Shown: positions 17,823 through 26,417 of the stretch, piece after piece
Position numbering within the stretch: the stretch's first letter is position 1
Layout of the letters: each line of letters starts with the position of its first letter
Notes under the pieces: generated by a model
Databases searched by the model: none
Told to the model about the DNA's origin: nothing
What the model saw: only the letters and a program-made list of their open reading frames with translations
Position numbers and translations under genes: made by a program
Assembly (NCBI GenBank): GCA_041309505.1
Contig: JBFYZM010000195.1
Coordinates: 1 to 44,587 of the forward strand
DNA length: 44,587 bases
Origin: Candidatus Krumholzibacteriota bacterium
Lineage (GTDB): Bacteria; Krumholzibacteriota; Krumholzibacteriia; Krumholzibacteriales; Krumholzibacteriaceae
Direction: 5' to 3'

Positions 17823-20774
17823 TCATTCGATGACGATCTCGTCGGCGAAAATCCAGGCCTTCCCCCCCGCGCCCCGGTGCCACGCGGGGCAGACGCCGAT
17901 GTTCTTCGCGAAAACGCGCACATAGCGCGCGCTCTTCCCGATCGCTCCCGACGCGAAATTCTCGATTCGCGCGCCCTGCTCCTGCGCCGGCAGGCCGGGC
18001 GCCAGTCTCGCCGCGGGAACGAAGACCTTCCCGTCGCTCGAGAGAGAATACTCTACCATCTCCGGAAGGAAAAGCCACGAATTTTGGTCCTGCAGGAAAC
18101 CCGCCGTCACGCGATGAACGCGCTGCACGCGCCCCAGATCGACGATCGCGTCGATATCGACCCCCTCGTAGCCCTGCCAGAGCCCCGTCTTGAAATCGAG
18201 CGGCCCCCGCAGGCCGTCGATGAGCGCGAGAGTTCCCCCCGCCGGGTACATCGCGCTGGGCGAGGTGTTCAATCGAATGCTTCTGTTGCCCGGGATCTTG
18301 CGGAATTCCGCCGTCACCACGGCGCTCGGCGGAAATCCCTCCTTCATGGCGACGGCCTTCAACGTTCCCGATTTCGTGAAGGGCAGAGGTTCGCGGTAAA
18401 GGCTCGACGCTGCGCCGGGCGCTCCCCCGTCGAGCGTAAAATATATTCGGGCGCCGTCCACGATCGAGGAAAGCGCCGTCTCGGTCGATCCGCTGAATAT
18501 CCTCGAGCCCGCGGCGATGAAGGGAACGGGGAGAATGAGACTGTCGGCGATCGCGCTCGCGGGGCGATCGGACTCCGCGGCGCCCCAGGAGGTATTCGGC
18601 TCCGCCCCCATGACGAACGCGAGCTCGCCGCCGGCCATGACGTCGCCGTGTCGCAGGTACGCCTTGCCGTAAGGCTTCGCGTCGAGCGTCGCCGATTGTA
18701 TATAGATGTTCTTCCGTGAGACTCCCTTCGCCTTGACGACGAAACGCTTCACGCCGCCGACGTCGATCGACGCCTCCCGGAAGAGCGGCGTCCCGATCAC
18801 GTAGACGTCCGAGCCGGGCGTGACCGGATAGAATCCGAGCGCGCTCAGCACGTACCATGCGGACATCTGCCCGCAGTCCTCGTTGCCGCACAGGCCGTCG
18901 CGGCCGTCGTGGTAGAGCCCGTCCATGATGCTCCGCGCGCGCTCCTGCGTTTTCCAGGGCCGCCCCGCGAAGCTGTAGAGATACGCCATATGATGGCTCG
19001 GCTCGTTGCCGTGCGCGTATTGCCCGATGAGCCCCGAGACGTCGGGGAGATCGAGGCCGCTCGTCTTCGGGCTCGTCGAGAAAAGCGAATCGAGCTTCGC
19101 GGCGAAACGCTCCTCTCCTCCCATGAGACCGATGAGCCCCTGCACGTCCTGCGGAACGTAGAAGCTATACTGCCACGCGTTCGCCTCGGTGTAGTTGAAG
19201 TTGATCTCGGCCGGATCGAACGGCGTCCACCAGGCGCCGTTCGTCTTCGCGCGCATGAGGCCGGTCGAGGGATCGAAGAGGTTCTTGTACGACTGCGCGC
19301 GGCGGATGTACGTCGCGTAATCGGCTTCCGCGCCGAGGGCCTTCGCCATCTGCGCGACGCACCAATCGTCGTACGCGTACTCGAGCGTCTTCGAGACCGA
19401 CTCCCCTTCCTTGTCCGAGGGGATGTATCCGAGCTCGCGGTAAAACGCGAGCCCGCGAAAATCGATCTCCGCGCTGTGCTTCATCGCCTCGAACGCCTTC
19501 GCGGCGTCGAAGCCGCGGATCCCCTTCATGTACGCGTCGACGATTACGGGCACTGCGTGGTAGCCGATCATGCAGTTCGTTTCGTTCCCGGCGAGCTCCC
19601 ACACGGGGAGCAGCCCCCCCTGCTCGTACTGCGCGAGAAACGTCTCGATGAAATCGACCGTTCGCTCGGGCTCGATTATCGTGAAGAGCGGGTGCTCGGC
19701 CCGGTAGGTGTCCCAGAGCGAGAACACGGTATAATTCGTGAAGTCCCCCGTCTGATGAATCTGAAGATCTCTTCCGCGGTATCTCCCGTCGATGTCCATG
19801 AAGAGATTCGGCGCGAGCATCGAATGATAGAGTGCCGTGTAGAAGGTCGCGCGCTGCGCCTTCGTGCCTCCCCTCACGTCGATCTTCCCGAGGGCGACAT
19901 TCCACGCCGCGTCGGCGTCGAGACGCGTCTTTTCGAAATCCCAACCGGGAATCTCGGCGTCGCGATTCCTCCGGGCACCCTCGACGTCGACCGCCGAGAT
20001 GCCGACCTTCACGAGAATCGCCTCGTTCGCCTCGGTTCTGAAGCTCGCGAATGCCTTGACGTTCTTCCCGGACGCCTCGATGCCGGCGATCGTATCGTCG
20101 GTCGCGACGCCCGCCACGTCGAAGGGCTTCGAGAACGTCGCCGCGAAATACACATACTGATCGTCGGCCCAATGCCGCGATCTTCTGAAGCCGACGATCT
20201 CGTTGCCGCCCGCAATCTCGGCGTGCGATTCGATTACCTCGTCGCGATGAGCGAGGTCGATGATGACGTTCGCGCTCTCGCTTTTCGGGAAGGTGTACCG
20301 GTGGAAGCCCGCTCGCTTCGTCGCGGTGAGCTCGACCGTGACGCCCCCCTCATCAAGCTTGACGCGGTAGTATCCCGGCGCGGCCTCTTCTTCCTTATGG
20401 CTGAATCTCGAACCGGATCCCGTTTCGGGAATCCGTTCGCCTCCGCGGTGGGACGGAAAGGCGCCGACTGTCGGAATGAAGAGAATGTCCCCGTAATCGG
20501 AGGCCCCCGTGCCGCTCAGATGCGTATGGCTGAATCCGTACACGACGCTGTCGGAGTAATGGTACCCGGAGCATCCGTCCCACCCCGTGAGCCTCGTATC
20601 GGGGCTGAGCTGCACGCCTCCGAACGGCACCGTCGCCCCCGGGTAGGTGTGCCCGTGCCCCGCCGTCCCGATGAACGGATCGACGAAGCTCGTGTACGAG
20701 GGCTTCTTCTCGATCGAACATGCGCCCAGGGCGAACAGGAGAACGAGGGACAGCGCGGCGGCGGTTCTTCGCAT
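17823..20774 (-). CDS. GH92-family alpha-mannosidase lipoprotein with C-terminal carbohydrate-binding (discoidin/F5-8-like) modules
   Basis: Lipobox-like LFALGAC is present. GH92 signatures are FVDPFIGTAGHGHTYPGATVPFGGVQLSPDT, GFSHTHLSGTG, CMIGYHAVPVIVDAY and GNEPSHHMAYLY. The C-terminus IYFTLDGG...ARYVRVFAKNIG...WIFADEIVIE suggests CHB_HEX_C and F5/8-C-like domains. AAGGAG RBS is present. Confidence 0.9.
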   Translation of the reverse strand: MRRTAAALSLVLLFALGACSIEKKPSYTSFVDPFIGTAGHGHTYPGATVPFGGVQLSPDTRLTGWDGCSGYHYSDSVVYGFSHTHLSGTGASDYGDILFIPTVGAFPSHRGGERIPETGSGSRFSHKEEEAAPGYYRVKLDEGGVTVELTATKRAGFHRYTFPKSESANVIIDLAHRDEVIESHAEIAGGNEIVGFRRSRHWADDQYVYFAATFSKPFDVAGVATDDTIAGIEASGKNVKAFASFRTEANEAILVKVGISAVDVEGARRNRDAEIPGWDFEKTRLDADAAWNVALGKIDVRGGTKAQRATFYTALYHSMLAPNLFMDIDGRYRGRDLQIHQTGDFTNYTVFSLWDTYRAEHPLFTIIEPERTVDFIETFLAQYEQGGLLPVWELAGNETNCMIGYHAVPVIVDAYMKGIRGFDAAKAFEAMKHSAEIDFRGLAFYRELGYIPSDKEGESVSKTLEYAYDDWCVAQMAKALGAEADYATYIRRAQSYKNLFDPSTGLMRAKTNGAWWTPFDPAEINFNYTEANAWQYSFYVPQDVQGLIGLMGGEERFAAKLDSLFSTSPKTSGLDLPDVSGLIGQYAHGNEPSHHMAYLYSFAGRPWKTQERARSIMDGLYHDGRDGLCGNEDCGQMSAWYVLSALGFYPVTPGSDVYVIGTPLFREASIDVGGVKRFVVKAKGVSRKNIYIQSATLDAKPYGKAYLRHGDVMAGGELAFVMGAEPNTSWGAAESDRPASAIADSLILPVPFIAAGSRIFSGSTETALSSIVDGARIYFTLDGGAPGAASSLYREPLPFTKSGTLKAVAMKEGFPPSAVVTAEFRKIPGNRSIRLNTSPSAMYPAGGTLALIDGLRGPLDFKTGLWQGYEGVDIDAIVDLGRVQRVHRVTAGFLQDQNSWLFLPEMVEYSLSSDGKVFVPAARLAPGLPAQEQGARIENFASGAIGKSARYVRVFAKNIGVCPAWHRGAGGKAWIFADEIVIE

Positions 20775-20789
20775 CGGTCGCTCCTTCTT

Positions 20790-23354
20790 TCAATACGTAT
20801 CCGCGAGGGACTTCAATCCGAGCGCTGCGTCGAAATCGCCGATATCCTCGTCCGTAACGAAGAAGACCGTCTCGCAGCTCCCCGGCAGCATATCGAAAAA
20901 ATTCCTGTCGAAGCAGCCTTCATACCCTTCGACGGACAGATAGAGATTCTTGACGAGAGCCCGGGCGCAGAGAGAGATCGCATACCCGTGCTCGACGCGA
21001 GAGATCGATCGCACCGAGAGATTCGTGCCTGGTTTGCTCTCGCCGGGGCGCGCCACCTCGATCGGCGGAAGGTCGAGCTCGCGCGGCGGTGCGAAGTAGA
21101 GGAGATTCCGCGATATGAGCTCGTCCGATTCCCAGAGCTCCGCGCAGAAAACGACCGTGTTCGCGGGGCGGCCGCGCAGGAGGAACTTGACGCCCGATCC
21201 GAAGAAGAAAACGCTCGAGTCCGGGCTCGTCGAGACCCGGCGGCTGTCTGACCAGAAGACGTTTCCGGAAAAGTCGAGGAGCTTCAGTATCGCCACGCCC
21301 TCGATCGCTTCTACCCAGTCCGATATCGCATAGACGGACAGGACGCCCTCCTCGACGACCGGCGAAACGAGCGCTTCGCCGAAGGCGTCACGCGCGAAAT
21401 AGTAGAGCGCCTTCGGGTCGCCTGCGTAGTCGACGCTCGACCACGACGCCGCGGGCCAGCAGTCGTCGAGCTGCCAGTAAAGCGAGCCCATGCAGAAGGG
21501 CTTCGCGCGGCGCTGCGCCTCGATGGCCGTTTTCATCCCCTCCGCCTGGAGGAGCTGGCTCACATAGACGAACGATTCGAAATCGCGCGGCGGGCGATAG
21601 TCGCGCTCCATATATGCACGGATGATCTCGTTGCCCCGCGGATGCTTCTGATGCGAGAGCATCGCGTCCGAGTCGATTCTGCGGTCTTCGGGGCTCGCGA
21701 ATAGCGCAATCGTCGCGAGCGACGGAAACGACTGGAATCCGAACTCGCTCATGAACCGCGGCACCTTTCCGCGGAACGCATCGAAGGCCTCGCCGTCGTG
21801 CCAGACGCCCCAGTAATGCGAATCTCCCTCCGTGAGGCTCCGCGGATCGGCCCGCCCGCGGGCAGGCGACGACGGCCAATAGGCCGTGCCCGAATCCAAC
21901 TCCGCCACGATCTCCGGAAGAAGCTCGTGGAAGAGCTTCGTATAGTCGTTCCAGATCTTCGCCGAATCGGCCGCCGAGTACCCATACTGGCGCTGCCAAC
22001 CCCAGTTGCGCCAGCCCTCGTCGATCTCGTTGTTGCCGCACCAGAGCGCGAGGCAGGGGTGGTTTCTCAGGCGCTTCACGACGCCGGCGGCCTCTTCCGC
22101 CACGTTGTCCAGAAACGCGGAATCGCCCGGATACATCCCGCAGGCGAACATGAAATCCTGCCATACGAGGATCCCGTACTCGTCGCACAGGTCGTAGAAA
22201 AGCTCGCTTTCGTAAGCGCCGCCGCCCCACACGCGCAGCATGTTCATGCCGGCGACGGCGGCTTTCGAGACGAGCGATTCGTACCGGTCCGCCGTCACGC
22301 GGGGAATGAAGCTGTCCATCGGGACGAAATTCGCTCCTTTCATGAAAACGGGGAAACCGTTCACGCGGAAAAAGAAGCTCTCCCCTTTTTCGTCCTTATC
22401 CCGGACGAGCTCGATCGTCCGGAGACCGACTCGCCGCTCGGCCAGATCGACGACGAGCTTTCCGTCCCTCATCTCGCCGAGGAAATCGTAGAGATACGGC
22501 TCTCCGAGACCATTCGGCCACCAGAGCTCCGGCTTGCTCAGATAGAAATCGATCGACACGACGTTCGTCCCCGGGACGAGCTCCGCGCCGGCGCTCGCGA
22601 CGATCCGGTCCTCGAGAAATACCGAGAGAACGACATGCATCCGCGTGGAAGCGTCGATCTCGAACACGGCGGCGAGCTCCGCCGATTCCCCGGTGACGCG
22701 CTTCTGGACGATCCGGAGATCGGCGATTATCGCCGCGTCCCAGGCGCGCAGGCGAACGGGGCGCCATATCCCCGAGGTCACGAACCGCGGCGCCCAGTCC
22801 CATCCGTACTGGTACGCGGCTTTTCTCGTGAGGACGCGCGCGCCGCCGGGAAGCTCTCTCCCGAGCGAATCCCACCGTGCCCGCACCGCGTTCACCGGCG
22901 AATGAAAATAGACGCGCAGCTCGTTGTGCTTATCGCGCAGGACGCCCGCGCACGGCGCCTTCCACTCGCGGAACATGTTATCCGCCCTGAACAGCAGCGA
23001 ATCGTTCAAGAAAACGTCGGCGTAGGTGTCGAGCCCCTCGAAATCGATCTCGATATGATCCCGCGCCAGGAACGCGGGCGCCGCGTCGAATACGACGCGA
23101 TACTCCCAGTCCTCCTTTTCGATCCACTGGAGATCCTTCTCGTTCGTCCCGAAGAAAGGATCGTTGATGATGCCCGCCGCGAGGAGATCGGTGTGAACGC
23201 AACCCGGAACGCTCGCGCCGCGCCAGGCGCCCTCGGCGGCCCGTCGAAACTCCCACCCGCGATCCAACTCGATCGTCGAGCGACCGGAAGGCTCGTTGCA
23301 CGATGATACGAGGAGCTGAAGAGAAAGCGCGACGAGAAGAGCCGGGCGATTCAT
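20790..23354 (-). CDS. GH2-family beta-mannosidase lipoprotein
   Basis: Lipobox-like LLVSSC is present. The N-terminus is LDRGWEFRRA...VPGCVHTDLLAAGIINDPFFGTNEKDLQWIEKEDWEY. WCGNNE carries the acid/base Glu and FMSEFGFQSFP the nucleophile Glu. GGGAGGA RBS is present. Confidence 0.9.
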   Translation of the reverse strand: MNRPALLVALSLQLLVSSCNEPSGRSTIELDRGWEFRRAAEGAWRGASVPGCVHTDLLAAGIINDPFFGTNEKDLQWIEKEDWEYRVVFDAAPAFLARDHIEIDFEGLDTYADVFLNDSLLFRADNMFREWKAPCAGVLRDKHNELRVYFHSPVNAVRARWDSLGRELPGGARVLTRKAAYQYGWDWAPRFVTSGIWRPVRLRAWDAAIIADLRIVQKRVTGESAELAAVFEIDASTRMHVVLSVFLEDRIVASAGAELVPGTNVVSIDFYLSKPELWWPNGLGEPYLYDFLGEMRDGKLVVDLAERRVGLRTIELVRDKDEKGESFFFRVNGFPVFMKGANFVPMDSFIPRVTADRYESLVSKAAVAGMNMLRVWGGGAYESELFYDLCDEYGILVWQDFMFACGMYPGDSAFLDNVAEEAAGVVKRLRNHPCLALWCGNNEIDEGWRNWGWQRQYGYSAADSAKIWNDYTKLFHELLPEIVAELDSGTAYWPSSPARGRADPRSLTEGDSHYWGVWHDGEAFDAFRGKVPRFMSEFGFQSFPSLATIALFASPEDRRIDSDAMLSHQKHPRGNEIIRAYMERDYRPPRDFESFVYVSQLLQAEGMKTAIEAQRRAKPFCMGSLYWQLDDCWPAASWSSVDYAGDPKALYYFARDAFGEALVSPVVEEGVLSVYAISDWVEAIEGVAILKLLDFSGNVFWSDSRRVSTSPDSSVFFFGSGVKFLLRGRPANTVVFCAELWESDELISRNLLYFAPPRELDLPPIEVARPGESKPGTNLSVRSISRVEHGYAISLCARALVKNLYLSVEGYEGCFDRNFFDMLPGSCETVFFVTDEDIGDFDAALGLKSLADTY

Positions 23355-23484
23355 CGATCCTCCCTCGAAAGCGGCGGCGCGGCCAGTATATCATGCGCGG
23401 CTCGTCCTTGGAGACCCGTTTTTGGATCGGCTCTTTTGGAACGGCTCACGGGAAAGTTCCTCCCGCCCCGCTTCTTTTTCCCCC

Positions 23485-23513
23485 TTGACGAAAAGGAGCT
23501 TTCCTTGTATAAT
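23485..23513 (+). promoter_or_regulatory. Near-consensus sigma70 promoter for the 4Fe-4S gene
   Basis: TTGACG (23485-23490), exactly 17 nt, then TATAAT (23508-23513). GAGGAGG RBS precedes ATG 23558. Confidence 0.6.
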
Positions 23514-23557
23514 GGTATAAAGGTACTTGATTACTGTATTATGAGGAGGGGCGCTGC

Positions 23558-24430
23558 ATGAAGAGACAGATAATAACGATCGACGAGAGCCTGTGCACCG
23601 GCTGCGGCCTGTGCATCCCGAACTGCCCCGAGGGGGCGCTCCAGATCATCGACGGCAAAGTTCGGCTTGTGAGCGACCTCTTCTGCGACGGGCTCGGCGC
23701 GTGCATCGGGCACTGCCCCGAGGGGGCGATCGCGACCGAGATCCGCGACGCCGAGCCGTACGACGAGAGCAAGGTCATGGAAAATATCGTGCGATCGGGG
23801 CCGAACGTCATCAAGGCCCATCTCGCGCACCTCAGGGATCACAAGCAGGACGAATATTTCCGGGAGGCGCTCGCCTACCTTGTCGATCGCGACATCGAGA
23901 TACCGGCGGAGTTCTTCGAGCCGGCGTGCCGGTGCGGCGAGAACGATCCTTCGGCTCCCGCGTTCGCCGGCTGCCCCGGATCGAGAGTCGTGAATTTCGA
24001 AGCGGACGCGGCGTGCGCTTCGGACGCCCCTGGATCCCCTCCTCCGGGCGTCCCGGCGGAGCGCCCGTCGCGCCTCCGCCAGTGGCCCGTGCAGATCATG
24101 CTCGTGCCGCCGGATGCGCCGTTCCTCGACGGCGCCGATCTTCTCGTCGCCGCCGACTGCGTCCCCTTCGCCTGCGCCGGGTTCCACGAGAATCTTCTCG
24201 CCGGCAAGGCGCTCCTCGTCGGCTGCCCGAAGCTTGACGACGCGGAGCATTACCTTGAAAAGCTCACGGCGATGTTCAAAGGCAACGACGTGCGATCGGT
24301 CACCGTCGCCCACATGGAGGTCCCCTGCTGCACCGGACTCGTGCGGCTCGTCGAGCGGGCGATACGCGATTCGGGAAAGAACATACCCTTCGAGGCGCGG
24401 ATGATCGGCATCAGGGGAAACGAGATGTAA
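23558..24430 (+). CDS. 4Fe-4S dicluster domain protein with Cys-rich C-terminal domain
   Basis: Two ferredoxin motifs are present: CTGCGLCIPNCP and CDGLGACIGHCP. The C-terminal part has conserved-looking Cys residues (ADCVPFACAGF, VGCPKLDD, MEVPCCTGL). Confidence 0.85.
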   Translation: MKRQIITIDESLCTGCGLCIPNCPEGALQIIDGKVRLVSDLFCDGLGACIGHCPEGAIATEIRDAEPYDESKVMENIVRSGPNVIKAHLAHLRDHKQDEYFREALAYLVDRDIEIPAEFFEPACRCGENDPSAPAFAGCPGSRVVNFEADAACASDAPGSPPPGVPAERPSRLRQWPVQIMLVPPDAPFLDGADLLVAADCVPFACAGFHENLLAGKALLVGCPKLDDAEHYLEKLTAMFKGNDVRSVTVAHMEVPCCTGLVRLVERAIRDSGKNIPFEARMIGIRGNEM

Positions 24431-24556
24431 TCGGCGGCCTATGGAGCGTTCGCCTCGTATAATGGCCCGACGCGACCGCGCGCGGCGGCGATGGATTCGG
24501 CTCTGGCCGTCGCGAAAACGCGGTGAGGCGCCGGCCGGTGCGGCTTCCGGCGGCGA

Positions 24557-25003
24557 TTATTTCTTGAGATCCCACCAACCGTACCAGTTCACGTAGATGG
24601 CCACCTTCTGCGCGGTTTCGTCGAACTGCGAGGCTTCGTCGAGACCGAGATACCGGTCCCAGATATACTCGACGCCGATCGCGGCGACGATCCCCCTCGG
24701 CGAGTACGCTTCGAGGGATATTCCGAGGCCGGGGCCGACGGAGTTATTGTAATCGAGGCCTTCCGTATCCGCCTGGTACCGCAGGGTGGCGTACGTGTTG
24801 AGCGTCACGTTCCCCCACTTCGCCCAATCCACTCCCTGCTTGATCCAGCCGTTCAGGAGCAGATTGCTGTCCCCGTCCTTCGGTATCTCCCCTCTCAAAT
24901 CACCCCACGTCGAGCCGCGAAAGCCGACGATCGCCTGTGCGCTTCCCGAGCAGAGAACGAGACACGTGAGCGCGAGAGCAATTCCGAACGCGTGACGTTT
25001 CAT
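24557..25003 (-). CDS. Small secreted protein, probable 8-strand outer-membrane beta-barrel (hypothetical)
   Basis: Signal peptide is MKRHAFGIALALTCLVLCSGSAQA. The mature part of about 124 aa has alternating hydrophobic/aromatic beta-strand patterns (VTLNTYATLRYQA, GLGISLEAYS, VAAIGVEYIWD, VAIYVNWYGWW). It lies 4 nt downstream of the GT-C gene. Confidence 0.55.
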   Translation of the reverse strand: MKRHAFGIALALTCLVLCSGSAQAIVGFRGSTWGDLRGEIPKDGDSNLLLNGWIKQGVDWAKWGNVTLNTYATLRYQADTEGLDYNNSVGPGLGISLEAYSPRGIVAAIGVEYIWDRYLGLDEASQFDETAQKVAIYVNWYGWWDLKK

Positions 25004-25006
25004 GTC

Positions 25007-26410
25007 TTATCTCCTTCCGTAAATCAGGGCGTCTGTTTTGCCCCACGAGTGTTCGATCGTGAATTTCTTGAGCAGAACGAAGCCGTCTTCGAAATAGGGC
25101 TCGAACTGGCTGCAGGGAGACATCTTCCCGTAGAAAAGGTCCTCGCACACCACAAAATGCACCGGCTCCGCGAACGCCGGCCCCGGCGAATCAGTCTTCC
25201 GGATCTCGAACATATTGAGGAAACGCGCGTTGGGAAACCGGTCCCCGAGCACGTACTCGTAGATGACCCCGTCCCAGCCGTTGAACGCGACGGTCATCCC
25301 GTCGAAACCCTTCGTCTCGAGGAACTCGATCACCGGGGTCACGTCGGGATACTGCCGCTCGAGCCATCGCAGGTTGAAGAGCCCGTACGCCCAGAATATG
25401 GCGACGATCGAGACGGCGAAAAAACCGCGGACGATCCGGCTCTTCGCGCCGAACGAGAAAATCTTCACCAGGTGCTCCACCCCGAGGGCCGCGGCGGGCG
25501 CGAGAAAGATAATCGCGAAGATCATGTTCTTGTTCACCGACTGCTCCGCGCGCGTCACGAGATGGAGAATGATGATCGGCGACGAAAGCGCGATGAGGAC
25601 GATCGCCTTCTTCCCATGCCGCTCGTGAAACACGCCGAAGACGGCCAGCAGAAGTATGAACGCCACCCACCGGAACGCCCACTCGAACATGGTCGCGAGC
25701 GGCACTTTGATGTTCGCGTAGGTCTCCACCTGCCCGAGGACCTGTACACGGGGCGCGTATTGGTCGAATCCCAGATAGAGCGCGCCGAGAACGGCGAGCG
25801 GAAGGACGCAGAAGAGCGCGGTGCGTTTGATTCCGTGCGTGAACAGAACGTAGAGCACGAGCGACGGCACGAACACGGGGAGGAGATACTTCGTGATGGC
25901 GGCGAGAAACAACGCCGCCGCGCCGAAAACGATCGCGAGATTCCGGTGCCACGGCGCCGCGGTCGAGGCGGAAACGACGAACATAAAAAAGGAGGCGCCG
26001 ATGAAGAACGCGGCGATCATGTCGTACGTGCCGAGTTTCATGAGATAGAGGGCCTGCCCCGAGCACATGAAGAGCGCCGCCGCGATAAGCCCCACGCTTC
26101 CGCCGAACAGCGTCGCCGCCGTCGCGTACACGATCACCGTGAGGGCGAGCCCGATGAGCACGGTCAGGATCCGGACGGCGTGAATGCCGCCGACCGAATC
26201 CGCCAGCGCCGCGAGCGCCGGCCAGATCATCACCGAGCCGGTGTGGTGCGGACACCCGAGGCACGGCTCTCCCCCGATGATCTCCTGCCCCATCGTGATC
26301 TGAAACGCCTCGTCGATGAAGACGGAGTTGTAATCCAGATCGGTCAGGCTGATGACCAGCCCATAGAGAAGGATCGCGAGAAGCAGCAATCTCCGATGCG
26401 AACGTTTCAT
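25007..26410 (-). CDS. GT-C fold membrane glycosyltransferase (GT39/GT83, ArnT/PMT-like)
   Basis: There are about 10 or more TM helices. A DE motif sits in the first external loop (SVFIDEAFQITMG). A C-terminal soluble domain of about 110 aa follows. Confidence 0.6.
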   Translation of the reverse strand: MKRSHRRLLLLAILLYGLVISLTDLDYNSVFIDEAFQITMGQEIIGGEPCLGCPHHTGSVMIWPALAALADSVGGIHAVRILTVLIGLALTVIVYATAATLFGGSVGLIAAALFMCSGQALYLMKLGTYDMIAAFFIGASFFMFVVSASTAAPWHRNLAIVFGAAALFLAAITKYLLPVFVPSLVLYVLFTHGIKRTALFCVLPLAVLGALYLGFDQYAPRVQVLGQVETYANIKVPLATMFEWAFRWVAFILLLAVFGVFHERHGKKAIVLIALSSPIIILHLVTRAEQSVNKNMIFAIIFLAPAAALGVEHLVKIFSFGAKSRIVRGFFAVSIVAIFWAYGLFNLRWLERQYPDVTPVIEFLETKGFDGMTVAFNGWDGVIYEYVLGDRFPNARFLNMFEIRKTDSPGPAFAEPVHFVVCEDLFYGKMSPCSQFEPYFEDGFVLLKKFTIEHSWGKTDALIYGRR

Positions 26411-26417
26411 AGAGTCA

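Noticed and set aside
18909-23306. 780-aa and 502-aa plus-strand ORFs (18909..21251, 21798..23306)
   Set aside because: They are antisense to the GH92 and GH2 genes, which carry unambiguous family signatures and RBSs. The translations are Arg/Glu/Asp-rich junk.
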